Part shown: positions 37,329-49,300 of the stretch, piece by piece
How the letters are laid out: each line of letters opens with the position of its first letter
How positions within the stretch are numbered: the first letter of the stretch is position 1
Assembly (NCBI GenBank): GCA_051362555.1
Contig: CM120642.1
Span: forward strand, 3,224,001 to 3,288,000
Length of the DNA: 64,000 nucleotides
Direction: 5' to 3'
From: Lingula anatina
Lineage: Eukaryota > Animalia > Brachiopoda
Translations under genes and position numbers: made by a program
Notes under the pieces: model-generated
Told to the model about the DNA's origin: nothing
Seen by the model: only the letters and a program-made list of their open reading frames with translations
Database searches by the model: none

Positions 37329-40300
37329 GTTGAAAATAATCAGTATTCTAATAACTTATTCCAGTAACTGTTATGAAATACAGTTTTTAAAAAATTATGA
37401 TACTAGTATTTATATGAACATTATTGTTTACAATTATTAGACGTTTCCAGATGAATAAACTGCTAAATATACACCAAGTGAATCAACTGGCTTGTTCTAA
37501 CCTTTTGACATGCCATCCTCAAATTAACTCAGCACAGATTGATGTATTTTGCACCTATCAGGGAGGTTTTGCTCTCTGGGTTTCAAAAATCAATCTGGGA
37601 AAAAAGCCAGTGAGTCAGAAACTCTGTGTAATCAATACCCAGCATAAACATTTCCTCAATTTTTATTTCTCATGGAGGTTTTTATATTGAGCTGTCCCCA
37701 AAGGAAATGAAGTCAGTCCACAGTGATTCAGACCAAGTTTTAAGTTCATACACAAACAATATGTCTGTCAAAATAATTGATATTTATTGTGTTTTTCTTT
37801 TCCTTGTTGCTGTAATAGGTCCAGATAATTTCAAAGTCCTAATCAGTCACTGATGAAGCCTGCAGATTTGTTCCCTCTAAAGCATGTGGGTTCAGGTTTC
37901 CTTTACATCATGTGTTCCTACAAATGAGGGATATGCGTGGAGGTTAACATCTTGAGATTGTACCAAATTACATATCATGTCATAAATGAAATTGAAATGA
38001 GCTCAGAAATGTCAACTCAAAATAAATTCAGATTCAGTTTTTTTTGTTCCAGTCAGGATTGAAAGGTGCATGAAATGCTAACCATCACATTTGGATACAG
38101 GAAATTGATTTTCTTTGTTTGGAAGGATTCCTGCATGCTTTCTCTTCTTACCAGCAGGTGTATGGCTTCTTATAAATTATTATTCTGTGGGAGATGCCAA
38201 GGCGTGCTTATAACTGGAAAATATCTTTTATTATATAGGATGAATTTTGTCAAATTATATAATTTTAAAAAAATTATTATACTTTGTTTGTTAATTTTTG
38301 TTAAATGATTTTTTTATTTGCTTGTGCAATTTATAAATGCAAGAGTGAGAAAAAATACAGATTATAATATTTTTTTCCACTTATCAAATTTCTTCATTAT
38401 CAACATTGCCTTGCAAGAAAATTCTCTGTCTGAAACAACCTCAATTCTCTAAAGATTAACAGACAGCCTGCATAATCCACAACATAAATAGTAGATGATT
38501 ATTTTGTACTTATTGATTTTCTAAAATTGCCTCTTAAAAGCTTAATATAAGCAATGGATATTGAAAATGAAGAGGCTTTCACGGTTCATTAAAAGGAACT
38601 TGTTATTGAGATTATTTGAATAAAGTCCAAGTATTTTACTAAGGCTTCGTTCACATGCAATGTCTATTTTCTAAATTCTGTTTTCTATTCGCGCTATCTT
38701 ATGATCACGGTCTGTGCCCTGAATATCCCGCCGCGTAATTACTGGCAGCGCGAGCCAGTTACTTATAGTAACTTATAGTAACTGGCTCGCACTGCCAGTA
38801 ATTACGCCGCGGGATATTCTGGGCACAGCCTGTGATCATAAGACATACTGCGAATAGAAAATAGAATTTAGAAAATAGACATTGCATGTGAACAAAGCCT
38901 AAGTAGCAGTGAAATATCCACAGAATCCAATATTGTGTCTTTCATCTAAGACATATCTACATCAGGATTTCATAACAAAGCAAAGAGATTGTTATATCTT
39001 TTTTATCTGTTATGATTACTTTTTCATTCCTTCATGCTAAACGAGATGTCTATATAATATGCAAAAGAAGGGATTTTGATTTTAAAAAAATGTCGATTAT
39101 TGTTAATGGTACAGAAAAAACTTATAAAGCTGGTACAGGGCCAAGCTCATAAATTCAGTCCAGGTTTACCGTCACCTCACAGTGCTGGCTACCAGTCTAA
39201 TTACCAAGTCTGTTTTTTGAAAACAAAAAAATGTGCCTTTCACTAAAATTCAAAAATAGCCCAAAACCTTGTCAAAATCTTCATTGCTGTCCCCTGATCA
39301 GTGTATGTGACTGTTGATGACATACACTAGGGTCTCATAGGAAGAGGATCATACATCATTTCATGAGTATGTGAGTCACTCTCTTGAGATATATTACCTG
39401 TGCTTTTTTTTTTTTTTTTTTTTTGATGAGTGACTTATGTTGGAATAATAAAGTGAGTGTGCTTAAAATGAGATGTGGATGACTGCATAATGACACTTAC
39501 ACCAGATCTGGAAAAATATGGATAAAGTGACATTTGACAGTAATAAGGATGTAAATTTCTGAAATATATATGGGATTTGTATAAAGAATGTAATTTCTTC
39601 TCTCTAAAATTTTGTACTGGATACCACCAAAGAAACATATTCCAGTACTTCATCATGGCAAAAACTAAACAGCTATAGCTACTGCAGTGAGAAAATTCTC
39701 ACAATTTCACTGATGAGACTTTTCCTACTTTTGTCGGAATTCCGACTTTTTCAGGGTCAATCGGGTCATTCTTGTGAATCTTGTACCCTGGACCCACGGC
39801 CAATTTTCCTACTTTTTCATTGAGGACTGGTCTTATCCCTGCGATTTAATTTGTGGTAATTCGGTGAACCCTGCCTGCATGAAAGTTATGATGAGGTCCC
39901 TGTGGTTTGTTCTTATTAATTTATCCCACAAATAGACATCACTTAGTCATGATTAGACTGACACTCTGAACTCCCCCACAGACATAACTGAATTTTCTAG
40001 AGCGCTGGGGCTATCCCTTGTAGTATTAGCTTATCAGAGGTGGTGACAGTGTTGGATGTATGAAAGATGCATTCTGCATGTATGTAGATGGTGTTATTAA
40101 AAGAAGACGGGGGAGAGTGCTAGAAATTTTAGATATTTGTACCAATGTACTAGAAACTTCTGTATCCTCTCTCTTGGATAGACTATGGTCCTATGATAGG
40201 ACCTCTACTGAGTGTCCAGTGATGTAAGATTTTGTCTTGGATTTAAACTACCAGGTAGCTACTTTCCTGTGCATTGTGACCTGGAAATTCACCCAGATAT

Positions 40301-43300
40301 AAAAATGAGGTTGCTAGCTTTGCGTGGATTAGGAAAGGGGATTCTGATTCGTATGCAGATTTTGATGCACCAATTAAAACTGTATTTTATCAGAACTATT
40401 GAGAGAAGCTGAGAGGGTATAACCAGAAGTGAATGGTGAACTACAGCATATGGAGAAAGTGAATCGTCCGACATGTATAAATGGCATTTTTTTATTCAAA
40501 CCATTTATATTGAACATTTGGAATTATTTCCCCCTCTCTTCCTCTTTTCAGTTGGAGTTTTTAATTCTGGAATCATTTCCACACACCACCCTCCCCCTTC
40601 TTTAAAGATGAGGAGAAAAGGTATTGTCTCAGTGACAAATTGGCATTACTTCTTCTCCTCTAGTCTTTGTGATAATCTGATAGAAAAAAATCAATTCTCT
40701 GCCTCTTTTCTAATCACTTAAGTTCCTAATTCAATTTCAGAGCTGCTGCATTTTAATTTGAGCCAGTAATTGATGTATAGCAATTCCTATTGTGTTGGTG
40801 TTTCAATATTTAATGCTTGACCTTCCTCTAGTTGATTTGCTTTTGGGTCTGACATGGAATGAAATGCAGAACTGATTTCAGTGTATGGTGTGATACATAA
40901 TAAAGTCTTACACAGTATGGAGTGTTGTCCATATTTAGCTTGAAAAAATTGATTTGTTTTGTCTGTTAGTTTTGTCTGTTATCCTTTTTTTCTCAAAGCA
41001 CTAGTAGTTTATGCTGAAATAATTACTCCCTGAAATGAAAATTGATCTTCTGGGATTTAGATATGAATTAAGAACTACTCACTACATGTTTTTGATGAAG
41101 GTTAAAAAGAGATGAGAAAATGCTATAATGCACATTCAGTGTATACTGCCTTAAGTGGAAAGTGTATTTTATATTTGTTATGGATTGTTTTGATTCCATG
41201 CTCCATGGCTTTAGCATATTTTCCTCTAGAGGATGAAAAAAGATGAGATAAATAGATAAATAAATGATGTTGTAATACATTGGCAATGTGTGATATTGCC
41301 TTAAGTGGAAAGCGTGTTTCACAGCTGTTACATTAGCATCACTTTCTTCATTCTGATCATTCTTAGCAAAAGTAGCAAGTCAGGGAAGGTGTGCTTGGTA
41401 ATGTCTGACATGTAGGTTTGATAGCAAGGATGAGTGTTTGTGTGTCAGTGTGTGTGTGTATTAGGTGCATTGTCTAAGATGCCAAGGTTAGAAACTAATT
41501 CACGTGTGAGATTCTCCATATTTCAATGGCAATTAAATGATAGAATATCAGTAAGATTGAATTACCAGTGAAATTCAAACTTGGGTATTTATTGTGAACT
41601 TTAAGTGGAATTTATGATATTTATGAAACAAAGTTAGTAGATATTATATTATAATTGTGCTGTCTGTCCTTTTCCATAAAATTCCCTCTACACAGGGGCG
41701 GATTTAGGCCGTCTTCTGGGTCTTCTGGAAGACGGTCAGATTTTTTAGTTAACATTGATGGGTATCTAATTTTTTCTGTCGGAAGACGGTCAAAAATGGA
41801 GGATGGATCAACAAAGATAATTTGGAAGTCTGTCAGGAAATATCTCTGGATCTGCCCCTGCTATACACTTACATAGAATAACTAAACAAACTGATTTGAA
41901 ACATTGATTATAATTGCTTTCTTCTCTACGGATTAAATTACTGAAGAATTTTTATATAAAGTTTGCATCAATTGTATGCAGTATTCAGGCTGAATGGTTG
42001 AGTACCTCATTGTACAGAGCACATCCTCTGTGTCACATCTAGCACAATTGTGCCTGTCACATCTAGGGCAGTCTCAACTACAACAGCCTGTTAAAAAGGA
42101 CTTCATACTTTTCAGAGGATTAACATGACAGTGTGCAAATGTTTACTTGCTTTTGAGTGTATGACTTTCGGAGCTGTATCAATATGCATTTGTCTAATTA
42201 TAGCCAATAAGAAAAATATTTTTTGTTAAAGGCATGATTTTTTATGGAGCATGTTTTCTTTTCTTTTTGTGCAGATTGCAGAAGAGAGATGCCCAAGCTC
42301 AAATGTCCCAGTCCTCCGCCTGGATGAAGGAAAAGCCGAGTTTGACTTGAGATGGGGTTACGAAGCATTGGAAAGCATCAGGGAAAATTCTTTGTCACAA
42401 ACACCGAAAAGTAAGTAAAAATGGCAAAATATTAACTATAGTACCTGGTAAGTAGAGGAAGACGGCATGATTTCATTTTAGTGTAGTTTTAACCAATTTT
42501 AAAGAAATAGATAACGCACGAGTGAAAATTCATCATTGTCTCACTGGTTCAGTCCGGATCAATAACAATTCTACTGCAGAATCTTAAGACCATGAATATG
42601 GAAGCTCACAGGAAATGGCCATTAGGCAGTATATGCATCAGACACTTTTCCTAGTCAGCCAGCAATCCATTAAGTAAATCATGTGAATTAATCTGTGTAA
42701 CTGCCAACCCCAGGGCTAGGTATTGGCGCTATCTGAACGTATCATTACTTAGTGTTGGGTCCAATGGAGAGTTCAAGCTCTCTCAATAGCCAGGGGGATG
42801 TATACTGCATCTCAAAGTAATGGCTTTGTTTAAATTGCTTCAAGGGCATTTATGCTACTGTGGCCGTTTGTGAAATTGAATACCAACTTGGATTATGATG
42901 TTAACTGTTGAAAGGCTTGCTTTTTCTTTGGAACACATCCCGAAGAAATGAGTCACTTTGAAAGGGCTCAAAGATTGTGTAATAGCTGGGGAAATAATAT
43001 GTTGAGAAAAAAAAAATCAATTTTTGATTACTTAATTGTTGCATCTCATATTTTATTGGTGGTCCAGTCAGTTGACAGTAGTGACTATTCTGGAGCACTA
43101 GTAAATATCCACGAGGATCCCTTTTAAAAATAAAAATTTGAATTTGAATTATATATTTTACCCATTATCAAGTTAGTGAAAAGATAAATAAATATACAAA
43201 AAAAAAAGCAATTTGAGATAAGACTAAGAGGTGATGTTTTCAGGATTGTTTGCTAAAAGCCATTTTGTTACTTGATAGTTGATCACTTCATCCAGTGGCT

Positions 43301-46300
43301 AAAAATCCTAATAGTCGGACAATTCTTTTGCTGAAGGGATTTTTCCTTACTATCAAACTTTTTATAGCCCTGTACTGCAAATATCACACTTTGTAAAACA
43401 ATAACTAAACATGTTTTTTACAACTTGGCCCATCTTTCATTGTTGACTTGCCCTCAGGCCCTTTAGAATGGATATTGAATGTCTTCAGATTCTTCTCACC
43501 TTAAAATATCTCGTGAATACTGTTAATGGGCCAAATTACATTATTCACTCAACTTGGATACAGTTTGCCTGCACATGAATATTGCTTGAAATGGAAACAC
43601 TCGATCTTTTGGACTCTAGTGGGTTTGGTAGCATATAGCCAGTGGGTATTCAGTAAAAGTCTACTAAGTGTTCCGTTGGATATGAACTGGTGTGGAATAT
43701 GTTAGCTGGTCTACAGGACACTCAAGTTTTGATGCTGTAAGGTATATGACTGACCATCATAGTCAGATGACGGACCAGCTGACAGGGATTGGATCGTCAG
43801 TTGATCTTCGACCACTTTTGATGAAGTAAGAACATATTACAACATGACTGATAACAGAGGTTGTAAGCATTAATAACTCAAGTTGCAGTATGTACTGTCA
43901 ATACGCCGTGGATCACATGTAGGTTTTTTTTTTTTCTCGATATGTCACTATCTTTACCTGTTGACCATTGTGGTGGGCATTTAAACCACAACTATTGAGA
44001 CAATTATATTATCGATGAGAAATGAATGTTTATAAAGCATTGTTAATGACTTTTTGACAATCAGTTGACCGTTGTGGTGGGCATTCGAACCACAACAGTG
44101 AGATAGTAATATTTATCTGTAGGGAATGACCAATGTGGTCAGTTACCGAGGGAAGGGCAGTGGTTCTATTGCTATATTGTTTATTGTTTTTCATCATTTT
44201 GGTTTGATTATTGTTGCTCATTGTTGTGTATTTTGGCATGTAGTTAGGCTCATTGTTTTATAGGCTGACAGTTGTGGGTGAGGCAAGGGGTAAAACATTT
44301 GGAAATAAAAAAGAAATAGATAAAAATCAAGTGTAGGTTAGATTGAGCAACAATGGAAATCAGCAGTCCACTTTTGACTCTTTGAAAGTAATTTGACCTA
44401 GTTCTTAAAAAAATAGAAGTTTTTGTTTGAGATTAAATCTGTTGTTTTGTGTATTCAAAATTCCTGTCAGTTCTCAAACAATATTCAGGTGCAATGTATG
44501 ATAAAGAGCCCATTATTTCTTTATTAAACTGTGTATACAAGTATATCGAACAAATCTTACCACAAATATGAAAGCCATCAGCAACAAACCCATTTTTCAA
44601 TAATGTTGTGACATTACTTTACAGTGAATCAACACACAAATCAGCATCATGAAGCAGACCACCCCATGTCTGTTTTCCACTTAGTTAAATTAAACCCCAG
44701 TTGTAGACCATTCAGGGGTAATAATGAGTCTCTTTAGCAGCCTTATCTGCCAGGGGGAGGGCCGCAGTCCATTTATTCCTTACCTGGTGTTACACTAACC
44801 ACCTGTGATCTATGCTTTTACCTGGACTGTTAAAGCACACGCCCCCTCCTCCCGTGGAAGTCATCACTGAATCACCCGTCTTTGCATTCCATTGAGACTC
44901 TCTGTGTAATTGCTTCGGTCAATTGATGAGCCGATGGTCAGTTGGTGGGATGACCAGTTCATGACTCGGAAAAATAATAACTGTAGTCTCTGTGAGATGG
45001 ACAGCTAGTTTATCATTTGGCTGCCTGGGCCTGGACAACAGTAGTGACCACAGTGACCACCTATGTGGAAGTCAGCATGCAGTTTGCAGTGGGCAAAGTA
45101 TGGGGTGAGAGCATTTGTTTTCTATTTCATTGGTACTATTTTAATTATTTAAATATTTCATATTCAGGAAAAAGAGTTTTGGGGTATTTTTTTGAAACAT
45201 TTCTTTTATCAGTTCATTGTATGTCTCCATATATATATGTATGTTATGATTTAGAACTTACTGATATTTTGCGGTGGTTTGACCTAGTCAGGTTATTTCC
45301 TCCGTAGTTCTTAAGACCATGTAGGACCACTCGCAGCGCCATGGCTTTGAGCACCTGAGCCTGCGTCTGAGAGGAAAAGAACTGCCGCTGAGACAGATGG
45401 CAGATAGTGCATATAATATTATATTCTGCTCAGGAATGTACATCTGATTTGTTTTCTTACTTTCTCTTCAAAGGATATGACTTTGTTATTTCAAATTTGG
45501 ATGAAAAGAAACGTATGAAAAATTTAGATTGTTCTGGGTGGAAGTGTTTATATTATTCATGGATGGGTAAGGATAGTAATTGGTAAAATAATTAAAAAGA
45601 GAAAATAATAAAAATGATAAAGGGAGAGGAAAAAGGTGAAGTGAATCAGTCTTATTTGAAATGTTGATTACAGTACTTAAAGGCAGTAATGATGAATTCA
45701 TAAATATTGTCTTGGCAAAAACACTGTCTGTAGGTAGGGGTGGTGTTCCAAAAAAAAAAAAAAAAAAAAAATCTCCCATTTTGCTGGAAAAGAACTGTTC
45801 TAAATCAAAGTTTGATATGGATTCCATGTCATTTCTCAGCTTAAGTCATCAAATAGGGTAAATGGGTCCACTTTTTCAGACCCCCCCCCTTGATATCCTT
45901 TACTGACTATAGTCCTGAAGACATTAATTAAATAAGTTCAACCATTCTTCCTTTTTAATGTAATAACACAGTCGTTAAATAGTTAATTACAAAACTGATG
46001 GTGTTCTCTGTTAGGTTGTGACACTCGTTAAGGCGTTTCATTTCTTTGCCCGCCCTTGTTCAGATGTGTACAGGTTGCCATTTATCGTTTATCGCCAGTC
46101 ATAGCCAGATATCCACAGGCATTCTCTTTGAAGTTTTATGTCGTCTTCCATGTCAGCTTTGATGTCTGGGTACACTTGTGTGAAATCGCATCAGACGGAG
46201 GCTTAATAGGTGGGCACAGTGATTGTCTTTTCTTAAACAGGTGATTGCTAAACAAAGAAAAAAGAACATGGCTTTGGGTTGTTGACACTGTAAAAAGGTA

Positions 46301-49300
46301 TGAAATGCCAAGAATTGAATTTGAAGGAAAAGAGCAAATTGGCATCATCAGCATTAGACATATCTCTGTTATAAATTATATGGTAAGTTAAGATAAGTAT
46401 TTTTAAAACATGAGACTTTGTACAGGGATTTGGTCTTACTTGTTCTTTCTTGACAGTTTTTGGTGTAATTTTTAACATTGGGTGGCAGGGGGATCGTTGC
46501 TAATTTGCAAATTGAAATACTGAGATTTTCAGCAACATTAATGATAGTAATGACCACCAGGAATTAGAAAAGAATGATTGCAATAAAAATAAAATTCATT
46601 AAGCATAATGAAAAATTGAAAAGAATTATCTGTACTGTTGGCATGGAACAATATTTTTTTTCTTGACACATTTTTGTAGTGTAACTAGATATTTGTAGAA
46701 GTTTAATGTTAAAATGTGGCAAATGTGTAAGCATATATTTGAGAAGAGAGGAATGATAATTTTGATGAATCAAGTAGCGTGGATGCAAATGGGTTGAATC
46801 ACGCCAGTCACGCTTTTGATTTATTTTTTTGAACCCGCAATTTAGGTATATTCTGTAGTCAACAACAACAAAAACATGTTGATGTCACTCAGAAAAAATC
46901 AATTGCAACTTAAAGAAATACTTGCAATACCTGCATTTCTAAACTACATGTGATAAATTAGATAAGCTTCAGAACAAACCACATTTGTTCTACTAGCTTT
47001 AAATCAAGAACGAAAGATTGATGCTTGCAGTTCTATTTAGTTAAATTTAGTGCTTACAGATCTAATGATTTGAACATAGCTTGGGCAGTTTCTCAGCATG
47101 CTGGGTCCCTTGTTTCTTCCTGCTAGAGTTGCTCTTTTTCTGTGGTAGATTTGTGTAAGTTCTTAAGGTTAATAGTTAAGGTACTGGGCAAAGGTAAGTA
47201 TTGGATATCATTCATCCAGCATCACTAATTTGGTTTGTACAGTTTCATCCTGATGTTCTGTTGAAGTTATGTAGAACAACATCCCTGACATTTGTTACTT
47301 TAATGGATATTTTTGTATCTCCTTGAAACTGTCTTTGTAATAAATAAACCAGTGCTAATGATAGATGGGTAAGATATGAAATCGGCTTGGCTTATCAGCG
47401 TTCCGGTCTCAAATTTAGGGATAGTCCGCGTAAAGCACACCTGGTCCATGTGTTAAAGTACACTCCAGGAAAATATCTCTTCTGAGGAACATACTTCAGT
47501 TTGGGTGACTCACTGAAAAAGTGAGAGCTGTAGCTTTATAATTAATTGGTTTCTTAGTAACTCGTGAGTATAGAAAGCTGGCTGAGAATCACCAGACTTA
47601 AAGCTTTTCTTGCTTTGCAAGTCTCTGCTGTGAGATGCCGTCTGCTCTTGGTCCTTGCTCCACAGTGATAGCTTCTTGTGTAAGATTTACAAAAACTTTT
47701 TTTGGAAAAGAATAGAAAATTGAGGGAGATTTGAGATGTTTTGTGCTCACTGGGCTTCCCAAGCTTGTTTTTGTTCAAGGAGAGGAACAGTATCTAGGTG
47801 CAGCAAGAGGAATGTTAGTGGAAGATGAAGTCTCTTCACCAAGGATTTCCTGCATTTTTGTTATTACCTCAAACAGATAAGAGAAAAACAAGACTAAGTA
47901 CAACAAACATGTTTGTGGATATTACATCAGAGTTTTACTAAAGAAAATCAACAGGAAGAAAATGTTTCTTTTTAAAAGAAGAAAGAGAAAGTACAGTCTT
48001 TGTAAGTAGTATGATTGTTCAACAATATTTTGACTTTATTACAGTTATGCCTAGTGATCAATATAAGTTATTTAATGAATGGACCAAGCCGATGAAATTC
48101 CCTCACTTTGAAATATGTTGAAAATAATTAAATTTTTGAAGTGTATTTAGGATTTGGTCTTAGTGGATTTAGTGGATTTTATTGTACTTGATATAGATGG
48201 TTTAGAGAGAGGTGTGTTAATGGGCTCTCTCTCTCTCTCTCTCTCATTATACAAAAATGATAATGACCCCTTTTCTTTCACAAATGGCCAGTTGTCAGTG
48301 TATACTTTTCATTGAATTTTACTTATTTTTGATTTTGATCTTTTTTGGAAATCAAATAAGTACATTTTCAAAAAAAAAATCATTTGCCTTCCGTGCTGTT
48401 TTGGTCTTGGACTTGTTGATGTACTGTAGCTGTCTATGGGGATTAATAAGGAAGCATAAAAAAACTACATGTCTCCACAAAATTACTCATGTGCAGCCAG
48501 CATCAGTCTGGAATCTGAGGCTGGAGCCTCCCAAAGTATTTACAAACAATTCAAGGTGTCTTTTTTTTCAGTAATTTTTTTTTTTCGTTGATGTCTGCTG
48601 TTTCTCAATTAATGCCAGGATGCTTAATTCACTGTAGCATCTTTGTTTTGGAATGCCCTCACTCTAGAGAATCTGGTGGGAGAATGTGGTCACGCTATTT
48701 GCTGACTTGCTAAAAAATTATCACTATGGGGAAGCAGATTCCTAAAACTCTCTGACATTGGTGAAAAATATTGGGCTGCTTTAGAATGGGTACACCAAAC
48801 ATGTTTGTAGCTACATTTCTTCCTTCTCCATCCCCCTTTCTTTTCAATCGCCAGCTTTGGGCCAAGTATGTATGTCATTGGCAGACACAGGTTAAAATAT
48901 GGTATTTTTCATTTCGGTAAGAACAGGTGCATTTGTCTTGTGTGTGTGGGCTTGGATCATCAGGTCTTCACCTTTGTGCATATTTTAAAGATTAAGTATG
49001 CCAAAAAGTGTTGTTTTTGTATGCAGTGAATTGTGGCCTTTAAGATGCATTGTCAGTGTGTATCAAATACCTTGCCATGGTTGTTAACATCTATCATCTG
49101 AAGCCACTGAAACATTTCTGTACAGTTTGAAATTTAGAATTGGGGTTATAGCATTTACAAATACAAGAGCACAGTAAGGAAATTAAAAACAATTCATTTT
49201 AGGTATCTTAGAAGGACTGCAGCAGTGGTTGAAGGTTCACATGAACTTTTAGTGATACACAGGGGCGGATTTAGGCCGTCTTCTGGGTCTTTCGGAAGAC

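Noticed and set aside
39716-39873. Repeated ttttcctactttt motif ending in ggtgaaccctg, like one hAT terminus
   Set aside because: Only one end is visible and there is no TSD, which is not enough to call.
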